Source of the DNA: Mobula hypostoma
Taxonomy: Eukaryota
DNA length: 64,000 nt
NCBI RefSeq assembly: GCF_963921235.1
Contig: NC_086097.1
Span: forward strand, 129,892,001 to 129,956,000
Reading direction: 5' to 3'
Shown here: positions 10,279 through 22,639 of the stretch, one piece after another
Layout of the letters: each line of letters begins with the position of its first letter
Numbering within the stretch: position 1 is the first letter of the stretch
Program-made: the position numbers and the translations under genes
The notes under the pieces: generated by a model
Told to the model about the DNA's origin: nothing
The model's input: only the letters and a program-made list of their open reading frames with translations
The model's database searches: none

Positions 10279-11445
10279 TAGGCAAGATTTCTCCTTAAGA
10301 AACCCATGCTGATTTTGGCTGACTTATCATGTGCCTCCAAGTACCTGAAATTTCACCCTTAATAGTGGGTTCCAACATCTTCCCAACCACTAAAGTCAGG
10401 CTAACTGGCCTATAATTTCCTTTCTTCTGTCTTTCCCCCTTCTTAAAGAATGGAGTGATTATCTGCAATTTTCCCATTCTCCTGAACCATTCCAGAATTC
10501 CGTGATTCTTGAAAAGTCATTATCAATGCCCCACAATCTCTTCAGCTACATCTTTCAGAACATTGGGGTGTAGTCCTTCTGGTCCAGCTGTCTTATCTAC
10601 CTTCGGACTTTTCAGCTTCCCAAGCATCTTCTCCTTAGTCATTAGCAACAACACTCACTTCTGGCCCTTGACACTCTGGAATTTCTGTCATACTTCTACT
10701 GTCTTCCACAGTGAAGGCTGGTGCAAAATACTTATTCAGTTTGTCTGCTATTTCTTTGTCCCCCAGTACTGCCTTTCCAGCGTCATTTTCCAGTGGTCCG
10801 ATATTCACCCTTGCCTCTCTTTTGCTCTTTATATATGTGAAAAAAACTTTTTGTATCCTCTTTTATATTATTGGCTAGCTTCCCTTCATAATTCATCTTT
10901 TCTCTCCTTTATGGCTTTTTTAGTTGCCATCTGTTGGCTTTTAAAAAGCTCCCAAGCCTCTAACTTCTCACTAATTTTTGCTATATTATATATCCTCTCC
11001 TTTGCTCTTATGCTGTCTTTGACTTCCCTTGTCAGCCATGGTTGCCTCATCCTCCCTTTAGAATACTTCGTCATCTTTGGGATGTATCTTTCCTGTGCCT
11101 TTCCAATTACCCCCAGAAAATCCAGCCATTGCTGTTCTGCTATCATCCGTGCTAATGTACCCTTCCAATCAACTTTGACCAGCTCCTATCTCAGGCCTCT
11201 GCAATTCCCTTTACTCCACTGTAATACTGATATATCTGACTTTAGCTTCTCCCTCTCAAACTGCAAGGTGAAGTCTATCATATTATGATCACTGTCTCCA
11301 TATGTTTCCTTTACATTTAGCTCCCTCATCAAATCAGGTTCATTACACAACACCCAGTACCAAATTGCCTTTCCTCTAGTGGGTTCAACCACAAGTTCTC
11401 TAAAAAGTCATCCTGTAGGCATTCTACAAATTCCATCTCTTGGGA

Positions 11446-12632
11446 TTCAAGATTTGAGATTCAAGATTCAAAAAACTTTATTGTCATTCTAACCGTTCTG
11501 CAGGGCAGAATGAGACAGCGTTTCTCAGGAGCAGTGCAATCATAACATAACAAACGTAACACTAAATAATAAACATAACAATAAATAGTAAAACACAACA
11601 GCCACATGTCAGTTAAAATCAAGTTATAAGTGTCCAGTGCAAGTTAAAAGTGTCCAAAGCAGAGTCAGGTAGAGCAGCTATTTAGCAGTCTGACCGCCTG
11701 TGGGAGGAAGCTGTTTAGTAGCCTTGTGGTTTTAGTTTTGATGCTCCTGTAACGTTTGCCTGATGAACAAACAGCTCATGGAGAGGGTGTGAGGGGTCTT
11801 TAATGATGTACCGTGTCTTCTGGAGGCATCTACTCTGAAAGAGGTCTTGGACAGAAGGTAGGGAGACCCCAATAACCTTCTCTGCTCCCCTAACCACCCT
11901 CTGCAAGGCTTTTTTGTCAACAGCACTGCAGCTGGAATACCAGGTTGTGATGCAAAAGGTCAGCACACTCTCAACCACGCCTCTGTAGAATGTAGTTAAG
12001 ATGTTAGTGGGGAGTGATGCTTGTTTAAGCTTCCTCAGAAAGTGCAATCTCTGCTGGGCCCGTTTCACAATCCCAGTGGTGTTCCTGGACGAGGTGAGAT
12101 TGTCCAAGATCTGCACCCCAAGGAACTTGATGTTTTCATCTCTCTCCACTGTGGAGCCGCTGATGCTGAGGGGTGTGTGCTCAGGCTGAGACGTCTGAAA
12201 TCGACGATCATCTCCTTGGTTTTGGTGACATTAAGCATTAAGTTGTTATCCCTACACCAGCTCTCTAGGTGTTTGACCTCCTCCCTGTACATTGTTTCAT
12301 CATTTTTGCTGATCAGCCCCACCACTGTGGTATCATCTGCAAATTTAATGATCAGGTTCTCCTTGAATCTGGCTGCACAGTCATGTGTTAGCAGTGTAAA
12401 CAGCAATGGGCTAAGCACACAGCCTTGTGGGGATCCAGTGCTCAGTGTGATGGAGTCAGAGATGTTCCTGCCCACACGGACTGACTGTGGTCTCTCTGTC
12501 AAGAAATCCAGAATCCAGCGACACATGGCAGTGCTAAGGCCAAGCAGCGACAGTTTCTCCACTAGTCTCTGCGGGATGATGGTATTGAACGCTGAACTGA
12601 AATCAATGTACAGGATTCTGGCATAAGTGCTA
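11446..12632 (-). mobile_element. Rex1/Babar LINE RT plus 3' end
   Basis: [39 protein letters not shown]; (TCTTGAA)n tail. Confidence 0.88.
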
Positions 12633-14087
12633 GAATTCATCAACCTGATTTTCCCAGTCTACCTGCATATTGAAATCCCCCACGACCATTGTGACATTGC
12701 CCCTTTTACATACCTTTTCTATTTCCCATTGTAATTTATACCCCACAAACTGGCTATTGTTCGGAGGCCTATATGTAACTCCCATCAGGGTATGCACAAG
12801 GATTCTATATCTTCCAAATCTATGTCACCTCTTTCTAAGGATATGATTTCCTTTTTTTTTAAAACAACAGAGCCACCTCATCCCCTCCAGCTACCTGCCT
12901 GTCCTTTTGATACAAGGTGTATCTTGGATGTTAAGTTCCCAACTATAAACTTATTTCAGAGACGACTCAGTTATGCCCAAAATGTCATACCTGCCAATCT
13001 CTAACTGTGCTATAAGGTTATCTACCTTATACTGTAGACTGCATGAATTCAAATATAACACCTTCAGTCCTGTATTGATCAACCTTTTCGATTTTGCTCC
13101 CATCTTACACTTCAACTCATCCCACTGACTGCAATTTTGCCCCATCATCTGCCTGTCCTTCCTCAGTCTAAAGGTGACTGAATTAAGGAGGTACGGGGGT
13201 CATGAAGCAATTAAAGGATGAGGTGCTTAATAGGAACCACTAGTCGGCCATGAATAATCGAGGAGTGCCTTGAACCATCTACTTAAACTGATACCAGCTG
13301 TGCACTACGGCAAGATTTGCTATACATAACTTATTGAAATATATTTACAGAACGTGGTAAGCTGACAAGGATGGAGCTGGAAGCAGTTACAATACTGGTG
13401 TTTATGAGGCTGTTCAGTAGACACATGGACATGTAGGGAATAGAAAGGTATCTATCGTGTGCAGGCAGAAGTGAACTAGTTTAATTTGGCATCACAGGCA
13501 TCAAATACTGAGGGGCCTGTTCCTGAACCTTGGTGTGTTCTTTGACTGCGACCCCCTATTGTACAAAATGTACCAACAGATCAAGTCGTAAGACAAAACT
13601 GCTGTTCTGAAAAGGTAATTCCTTGGAAGAATAATGGCCAATGTTATTGAGATATTTTATAGATGAGGGAAAAATCGCGAAATCAGGGTAAAGCCAAGGG
13701 TATCTGACACTGTTTACGAGCCAAGTGGTTGCTTCCACTGGCTGGAGTCTAGATCTCATTGGCCCAAACTTAGGATAAAGGTTGCAGTTGCTCTGAACCA
13801 AGATGAAGAGAAAGTTCTTCGGTCAAAGGTGTGTGAATCATAGGAACAACCCAAGAGGGTTGTGGATAGCTAGCTACTTATCCTGCTTGGAATCAAAATA
13901 GTTCTGGAAACAAGAGGTGTATCATAGGAAAGGTGGCCAGTTGGTCCAATGGATCATGCCATTTCTCAGCAGAGGAACTTATCAATCTCATTTCCCTTTC
14001 TCTCTACTCTGTAACATCATCTATGAAAGGCTCAGCAGTTTCCTACATTAAGGGGTTATTTACGTAAGTAAACTAACCTTGTACCAC

Positions 14088-14467
14088 AGAAAACAAGCTG
14101 CTGGAGGAACTCAGCAGGGCAGGTAGAAGAAAATGTATAGCTGATGTTTTGGGCCAAGATCCTTCATTTCAAGGGAGGAGTATGGAACCAAATAAGGGAG
14201 ATCTTTATTTCCTTTCCTCTCCAATTTCATTATCTGTAGGCCTTTTGTTGCATCCATCTATCACCCCCCAACCTCTGTTGCCATTTCTACCTTTCCCTCC
14301 TCCACCTGTTTATTAATTCTCCTTTTCTGCACTCACTTGTGCTTTGTCAGCTCTTGTCCCCACCTTCCTTTCACTTCTTTATACAGGTTATCTCTTTTTA
14401 CTCTTTCAGTCCGGATGAAGAGTTTCAACCCAAAACAGTGACTGTCCATTTCCCTCTACAGATGCTT
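14088..14467. mobile_element. Decayed Penelope-like inverted terminal pair
   Basis: Minus-strand hammerhead remnant ~14139-14170, pyrimidine-rich tract, plus-strand remnant 14408-14443. Confidence 0.55.
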
Positions 14468-15155
14468 GTAGAGGGAAATACAAGAGGAGAAGATGACGTG
14501 ACGCAGCTCACAGCAGCCACTCCGGTGGTGATGGCTTTTATTTGTCAAGTAGGGTGCCGTGCACAATCCTGATTTGATGGAGACAGATGTGAGAGCACGG
14601 AGGAACATCTGGTGAAACTTCTGAAATGCCTGCTTTGCTGCTGCTGCTACTGTGTGGTCCAGAATCTCCGGAGGGGAAGGTCCCGAGTCCTCGGCTTTAC
14701 TCATTGCTCAGTGGCCGGGGTGGGGTTGAAGAGCTCAGCAAAGGATGGTGTTCGGTGCTCAGTGTCGGAGGGCTGGTCGGAGGCTCGAAGTTTTCGGACA
14801 GACTCAGAGTCGGCTACAGTCGGGTGCTTCCAATGGTGCGGCATCAGCAAGTTTGCGGCGCTTGGAGGTTCATGGCAGGGAGAGTTTCTCCCTTCTACCG
14901 TCTGTGTGAGATGATGAGTCTATCGGGACTTTGAGACTTTTTTTAACCGTGCCCATGGTCTGCTCTCCATCAAATTACGGTATTGCTTTGCACTCTTGTA
15001 ACTATATGTTATAATTATGTAGTTTTGTCAGTTTTAGTCTTGGTTTGTCCTGTGTTTCTTGTGATATCATTCTGGAGGAATATTGTATCATTTTTTAATG
15101 CATGCATATCTAAATAACAATAAACGAGGACTGAGTGTCCTCATAATCTGATCTA
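14468..15155 (+). mobile_element. Non-autonomous element with GC-rich head and Rex-like tail
   Basis: Starts near an AAGATGAC motif, CpG-rich body, ends ACAATAAA...ATCTGATCT; no credible ORF. Confidence 0.5.
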
Positions 15156-16572
15156 TACTGTCTACTTTGTGAGCTTCATGTGAACAAGAAATTTCATAAT
15201 GAATCAGCTCCTGCTTCTACTTCCATTCAGTCAGTGGTGTGACTTTGACACTTTGGAGTTCAAAAAGCTCATCACTTACAGTATAGTTCTCTAACAACTT
15301 TAAGCTTGCTTCTCTTTGAAGAATGAACTGTTGATTGTTGCAACCTGCAAATCATTTCATTCCTTTTATAACACAGCCAACTGGATAGATAAGGGCATTC
15401 AAAGGAGATTGTTTCTGAAATAAAACTGTTCTGTCATGAAGTTGCTGTGAATACAATATGCCATGACTTTCACGTATATCTCTGCAAAATCTTAAATTTG
15501 TGAAAGATTTGCAGCCTCCTGGCACAGCTTCACTGTACTGTGAGTAGCCATGAGAAGCAATCATTAAAGTTAGATTAGACCTGTCTCTTCCTATACGTCC
15601 ATCTAATAAATATCCACTGCATGTAACTTGAGAACCAGTATCCTTTTTCTCACAGTTGAAATCTCTAATGCTAGAGGGCACACACTTGAGGTGAGAGGGG
15701 CTAAGTTTAAGGGAGATGTGTGTGGCATTATTTTTTTCTCTTTTTTTTCCCCATAGAGTGGTGGGTGTCTAGAATGCACTGCACAGGTACAGCTGGGGGG
15801 AGGGTGTCAGGTGATGGACAGATGGAGGAGGGAAGAGTGGAAATAGTGACAGAGACTGGGAGGTGAAAGGTGGAGGCAACAAAGGACGACGGATTATAGA
15901 ATCTGATAGAAAATGATCCACCCTTGAAATGAATGTGTCTGAGATGTGCTGGTGCCGAATATCACACGAGTATTTAAGAGGCTCTTAGATAGGCACGTGA
16001 AAAAGCAGGGAATGGAGGGATATGGGCATTCTGTAGGCAGAAATGACTGGTATAGTTAGGTGTTTAATTGCTAATTTAATTAGTTCAACATAACATCCTG
16101 GACCAAAGGGCCTTTTCCGATGCTGTACTGTTTTAAATACAAGAGGGCATGGCTTTAAGGTGAGAGAGGAAAGCTCAAAGGGACTGGCTGGGGCAAGTTT
16201 TGTTTTATTTTTGGGCAGAGTGGTAGATGCCTGGAACTTGCTACTGGAGGAGGAGGCAGATATGATAATGTTGTTTAGGAAGCTTTTTAGATAGACATAA
16301 GAGTACTTAGGGGACAGAGGGATATGGATTATATGCAGTCAAAAAGGATGTGTTTAATTTGGCATTATGCTGGCACAGACATGTGAGCAGAAGTACCTGT
16401 TTGTACGTTATACTGTTCGTCATTCTGTAAAAGTGATGAACGTAAGTATAATGGAAAAAAAATTAGACCAGTTTTAACCTACAGCAATGATCAGTGGCCA
16501 CAGGGAGTAAAACTACCTGTTGCTCAGGGTGGTATCTATTCCTTCTTCAGTGGGGATGTAATTTGCAGCTGT

Positions 16573-16760
16573 CACAAACACAAGAAAACCTGCAGATGCT
16601 GGAAATCCAAAGCAATACAAAGTGCTGGAGGAACTTAGCAGGCCAGGCAGCATCTATGGTACAGAGTAAACAGCTGACGTTTCGGCCCGAGACTCTTCAT
16701 CAGGACTCAATGAAGGGTCTCAGCTTGAACCATTGACTGTTTACTCTTTTCCATATGCTT
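16573..16760. mobile_element. Miniature Penelope-derived inverted pair with two hammerhead motifs
   Basis: Minus strand 16672-16707 reads AGUC CUGAUGA...GAAACGUC; immediately followed by a decayed plus-strand copy (~16708-16740) and inverted flank. Confidence 0.7.
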
Positions 16761-16838
16761 ATGTGTTACATAGATGTTTAGAACTACCGATAACCCAATA
16801 CTGTAGGGGAAGCAGTATTGTCTTTTACGCTGAACATA

Positions 16839-17304
16839 CACTCAGTGGCCACTTTCCTAAGCAGCTCCTGTACCTAATAAAGTGGCTATTGAGTGTATGT
16901 TCATGGTCTTCTGCTGTTGTAGCCCATCTACTTCAAGGTTCAACGTTCAAAGATGCTTTCTTGCACACCAGTGCTGTAACTAACACGTAGTTATTTGAGT
17001 TCCCTTTGCCGTCTTGGCAGCTTGAACCCGTCTGGCCGTTCTCTGATCGTTCTGATTAACAAGGCATTTTCACCCAAAGAACTGCTGCTCACTGGATGTT
17101 TTTTGTTTTTTGCACCAGTTCCATGGTCAAAGTTACTTAGACCACATTTCTTCTGAATTCTGATGTCTGGGTCTCAACAACAACTGAACCTCTTGACCAT
17201 GTCTGCATGCTTTTATGCATTGAGTTGCTGCCACGATTGGCTGATTAGATAATTGCATTAATGAGAATGTGTACAGGTGTATCTAATAAAGTGGTCACTG
17301 AGTT
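16839..17304. mobile_element. Tc1-type non-autonomous element with three TIR copies
   Basis: TA-flanked CACTCAGTGGCCACTTT...; inverted copies end at 16895 and 17304; homologue at 47219-47559 in opposite orientation. Confidence 0.8.
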
Positions 17305-17619
17305 TACACATGATATGTGATACAGGAATAATATACTACTCCTGGGAAGTTGCAATCAAACTCTGAGCGAGAAGAACACAACTAGAAATTTCATCTGTCC
17401 CTGGTGATCACTGTTAGGATGCAGGTGAAATGTATTTCAGCTCACCAGATGATTACAGCCACACATCACACAGTTCAAAAACAACTGCTTCCCTTGAGCT
17501 GGATTTGAGGCCATTTTTCCAAACAATATTAAGAGTCCCTGCAAATGTCACTGAACATGGTACCATCTGACGTAAGAGTTCACACTACTAATGGAAGGGC
17601 ACTCCATTAAGCAGCAGAA

Positions 17620-17812
17620 CAATTCACACTATTTGCTGGAGCAACTTAGCAGGTTGAGCAGTATCTGTGGGAGGAAAGGAATTGTTAACATTTCGGGTCA
17701 AAACCCTGAATCTGGATTGGCAACCTGAAATGCCAGCAATTCCTTCCTCCCACAGATGCTGCTCGACTTGCTAAATTCTTCTAGTGGATTGTTTGTTGTC
17801 CCAGATTGCAGA
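17620..17812. mobile_element. Miniature Penelope-derived inverted pair (decayed)
   Basis: GCAGTATCTGTGGGAGGAAAGGAATTG is inverted relative to CAATTCCTTCCTCCCACAGATGCTGC, around hammerhead remnants. Confidence 0.65.
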
Positions 17813-18329
17813 CCCTTATGACCCTAATTCACAGTGAATTCAGAATTCTTTATAGAAATAAAAAGCAAGCATTTCATGTTTTGAAACAAAATTCCAAACC
17901 ATTAAAACACATTAATACAAAGGATTTTAAATAAATAATATAATGACACACCATGCACACGTGATATTTTATATTGCACCTAATGTTTTGCCTTTAAAAT
18001 AAATGAGGAAGAACAAATTTAGTTGCTGGAACTGCACAGAGCAAACTATCTGGGAATGGACATTGGCAGCTATGGATTTAAGCAAAGTGGGAGCAGAACA
18101 AGGTTCTTCACCACATGTAGTAGTTAAACTCAGTGATCTCTGGCTTCGTTTACTTCGTGGCAGTCAGGGTTGGTGACCTTAAAGACAGATAATGCTTGTG
18201 CAGTAGAACAGTTGTCCATAACAAGGCATTGTTTCACATGTGCTTGTAACAGTTATCCATTATAACTAGGGACAAAAAACAGGGCCAGTTGTTCGACAGG
18301 TTTATTATGGATGTCTCTTGGTGTTAAAA

Positions 18330-18505
18330 ACAGAGACGCAAGAAACTACAGATACTGGAATTTGGAACAGAATCAAACTTGTGGAGGAATTCAGCAGGTC
18401 AAGTAGTGTTTGTGGAGGTAACAGGATGGTCGACGTTTCTGGTTGAGACCCTGCATCAGGACTGGGAGTATAGGGAGAGATGAGACGGAAGGGGCTGGTA
18501 GATGT
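18330..18505 (-). mobile_element. Penelope-like terminal fragment with minimal hammerhead variant
   Basis: Minus strand 18428-18463: AGUC CUGAUGC AGGGUCUCAACCA GAAACGUC GACC. Confidence 0.65.
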
Positions 18506-20047
18506 AACACTCATGGCATTACTTCTGGTAATTTGAACAAAGAGCTGTTTTACAGAGAAGTGTATTGTAGTATTTTGCTAACGTGACTAAAAATGTTCAA
18601 AATGAGAGATAAACTGCAAAATATTTCAGTTTGATGACTTATCCTCATATTCTCTTTTCCTTTTCCCAATTCTGACAAACAATCCTTGGTTAATATATGA
18701 ACATTGCTTTAAGGATTATGTTACAAACAGCTTAAAAAAAACCTGGTATGTCTTTCTTTTTTTTGACTTGAGAGATCTAAAGACCCATGCCCTGCAAAGA
18801 AACTTTGAGCTAAGATCAGGAATAAGCCAACAGAGTATGTACTGTGATCTAGGTTCTCAGTGATTGGAATATACATCACTGGAACATTGTTTTGAAAGTC
18901 TGAAATCTTCTACCTATCGATCATCATGTTGTTAGAGATTCTGGCACTGCATCTTTTTTGTTCCCTTAGAACACAATGCTTTTAAGCGGTTGGCAGTAAA
19001 GGCTTGGGTGTCAGTTCTAACACAAAAGTCAAGATAATTACCTCAACACTAAAGCCTGCCAGTGGATCTACTGGGTGGGGGGGGGGGGTTGAAATTTAAG
19101 AAGTTAATGAGCAAATCTGTCTTGGATAAAGATTAGAATACAAAAGTACAACAGTGTTGAGATATTATGTCTCTTGGGTTTAATTTTAAATTAAGAAAGG
19201 TCAATAGTTTTGGAAGGTTAAAAATTAGTACTTAGGTTGCAAAAAATTGATTTCCAAGTGGCTTTATTGGTTTGGTTGTTGTAGTTTTGGTTTAGATTTA
19301 GGCTTAGGTTATCTTTCCTTCATGGCATCAAATAGAAGGAAAACAACAAGGTTACTTGATTGAAAAAAGTCATTTGTCACTCTCACTGATTATTTCTTTA
19401 AAGAGAACAATGACAACACAATGTTATTTTCAATGGATGTGTGCTCTGGGCTTTGGGAAAGATTGCAACTCGTCTTGACCTGTAATAATAGTGACATATT
19501 TTCATTGCCTGCCGCACTTCTCTAAAAGTAGCATCGGGAGGGCCAGAACCTCAAAGAGCAACCATTCCATTTGTGAGGAGTTAGAAGCTCATATACATTG
19601 CAACGTTTTGTTTCATTACTAATTGAAAGAATACTGGTACAGATCGACATCATACTAGAGGGTCATCAAAGGTATCATCTACTTGCATCAAGGTGTTTCA
19701 GTTTGGCTGTTCCACTGTCTAATTAATGCACTTTTTTGACAGCATCTTCAGCATTGCTTGTTGGATCTTCTGATGAGTGATTGTGGTGCCAGAGGTATTA
19801 GGTTGAGGTTTAAACTCCACTCACTCTCCTGTTATTTGAATAACAGAATTATGCAGTTTGATGAAATTATGGATCACTTTATTGGCTTCAGACATGGCTG
19901 TGCAGATCATCGCTCTTTTACTGCTGAAGGATTGTTTAGGGCAAGAACTTGGAAGATGGAACATAACCTAATGGGTGTCGTACTGGGAGAGGGTGTTCCC
20001 TTAATTTGTGCGGTGCGCTCACATTTTCTTGGGCCCATTCTCTAGAC

Positions 20048-20131
20048 CAGGGTTCCCAGCCTTTTTTTACGCCAATACAATGGACCCACCATTAACAGAG
20101 GCGTCTGTGGACCACAGGTTGGGAATCCTTG
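20048..20131. mobile_element. 84-bp hAT-type MITE
   Basis: CAGGGTTCCCAGCCT...AGGTTGGGAATCCTTG termini; 8-bp flanks CTCTAGAC/CTCAAGAG. Confidence 0.65.
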
Positions 20132-20719
20132 CTCAAGAGAGATGAAGGAAGACCAAGATCTGTATCAGAGTTCAGTCGGCAATACTGGCAGTTAACTTCA
20201 AAAGTTCGGGCAATGGAGAGCTGGAATATTTTTCTGTCCGACAAAACTGCCACTTTAATACAATACTGAGAGAATGCAATATGTCAAAAGGCACCAATTT
20301 TTAAAACCAAGACCCAGTCCGTTCTCTCCGATGCAAAAGATCAGGAAGAAAAGTAGGAGAATTTATTGCATTCCTGGTCAATACCGGTCCCTCAGTCAAA
20401 GGTCATCTGGCCTTTATCTGATTGCTCTGTGAAAGCTGTCTGCACAGAGTGCTTCTGTATTTTCTGCATTATAAAGGCAATTACAACTCTAACGTTTGTC
20501 AATGGCTGCAAAGTCATTCCTGACAGCTTGATGATGTGGCAATGTAGAAATTTAAGTTTTCCTCTTCCCAATGCAATGACAGAAATTAAACTCAAATGAA
20601 AAAAGTGAGAAGAAAATTCAGAACAGTTGGATTCAAAACAAGTGCTTTGAAAAATCTTCTGGTAACTGATGTCCTACTGTGCACTTCTAACATTAGCATG
20701 CTTTTCCTTTTATCTGCAG

Positions 20720-20798
20720 CATTCAGAAAAATGAAACAAAATGCACCGCGAGCCGCTTTTGACAATACAGTGTAATTCCATGGCATTTATGTGTGTTC
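20720..20798 (+). other. Candidate 79-nt cassette exon of an unidentified host gene
   Basis: Branch point TTCTAAC, polypyrimidine tract and TGCAG acceptor, GTAAGT donor; non-repetitive context; CpGs retained. Confidence 0.45.
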
Positions 20799-22639
20799 GT
20801 AAGTCATTCTAGATAAATGTTCAAAATATGTAAATATTGTATGGAATTTATATTTCCATAAGCTACAATTTTCATCTAGTGGCAATTTTTTCAATATTGG
20901 GTGCGATACTAATCAGCTAAACCTTTCTTGATGCATGATCAAATCCATACTTTGCATTTGGTAATGATGAACCATAATGGAGCAGCAAGACCAACGTGCT
21001 TGATCCCAATCTTTGTGGACTGTAGCTGAGTACACAACAGACTATAGCTGATGGAATCTGGAACCAAGAGGGACTGACTGACAGATAGAGACAGGTGGGG
21101 AAAAGGAAGGGTGGAGATAATGACACACGGTGGAGAGGTGGAGATTATGGAGGATGTTTAGAAAGATAGGCGAAAAGTGGAACCAGATAAGGGAGGGATA
21201 ATATGCAGGTGGGAACAGTGGGGGCAGTGGTGATGGGAGTGGGGAAGGGAAGGTGAAAGGTCAAATAGTATAAACTTCCCTCGCCTGCCACAAGCATATG
21301 CAATCAACAGGAAACTGCTTGCGAACATTTACTGAGTGCAAACTGGCTGCTGTTACCATCCAACTGGCTACATGTCAGAAACATTACATTTGCTATGAAG
21401 TGCTTTGAGACAAATGTAAAAAGGTACAAAGTACATGCAACTGATTTTTACATAGTAGTTGAAGTGTTAAGGATAATCTACCACTCAATTGCTTGGAAAG
21501 TATAAACTGGATCCCAATTCAGTAGAAAGTTTTAATGGAAAACATGTATTGCCATTTTACCTTTGTGTAAATTATAGAAGTTGCATGACCACTTACATAA
21601 TCATATTTAACTTATATTACAATATAAATATTAAATATTCCAGACTGACCATAATCACAGAATTGATATCCCTATTTTAGCAAGATGGAATGATTATGCT
21701 CACAGTTCAAGAAAACAAGGAAGATAATTTGATTACTAAATATTTTTTGTTTACTCTATATAGCCTCTGCAATTAGCTCTGTACGCAGTTTATGCGTAAC
21801 TAAATCGCACTGCAATATTTTCTTAGTGACAATTACTGTGGTAACAATAATCCTTCAATTCATTGTCAAAGCTGTAATAAGCAATGTTTTTTCCACATTA
21901 GAATTTTGAAACATTACTTGAAATTAAATTTTTCTTTTTTGACAACTTTCACATTTAATTAACTGTACGAGATTCTACTACCACTGGTATTGTTAAACTA
22001 ATATTGAGTGTAATCTACTGCAGGCACAACATGATGTATTGCATTGTTATGGGATCCAGAATGAAGCAATCTCCAAAACCTCTAATAACATTTTCTTTTT
22101 GAAATTGTGTATAATGCCGTTTTTTTAAAATTTTAAGTACTTTAAAAAAGGAAATTTCAATTTATAGTATACAAAATCATACAAAATTGCATGGTAGCAT
22201 AGTGGTTAAGTTACTGGACTGGTATCTGGAGCTCTGGTCTATTGGTCCAGAAACATGAATTCAAATCCTACTCATCAGCTGTTAATTAATGAAAGGTTTG
22301 TGGGAAGTTTTGTACCTTAGTGACATCTTGATTTATTAGACCAAACTCAATGAGGTTGGGGGAGCTTTTGTTGAATAAAAAAAAATCTGAAGCTTCATTC
22401 TCCAAGTAATTCAGTTCCTTATTAATTCTGAAGAAAACTCTCTTGAACATCCCAAGTTTCATCAGGTCAAACACAACCACAAGGTAATACAAACCATTGC
22501 CTTCTGTCACAAGCTCGGCCATGAGATACAACACGAACAAAAAGCATTCTAGAGTTATTTTGAAAACAACAGATTTGGTTTCTTATGATATTGGAAGGAG
22601 TATTTCACCAGACTCCACCTGCTTATGAATCAGGTTATG

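Larger units (their letters stand above)
5990..13170 (-). mobile_element. Long CR1 ORF2 remnant fragmented by nested insertions
   Basis: Collinear pieces: APE N-terminus LKVLYLN...ILGITES (12951-13148), NEPDL..SDHNMI (11186-11392), NYRPVSLT (10295-10477), VTSGVPQG (8181-8384), RRNFFSQRVVNL 3' end (~6000-6290). Confidence 0.85.

Noticed and set aside
10509..11288. 259-aa hydrophobic ORF
   Set aside because: Antisense shadow of CR1 ORF2.
15352..15681. 109-aa ORF in non-repetitive sequence
   Set aside because: No recognisable domain or splice signals; it starts inside a CR1 remnant.
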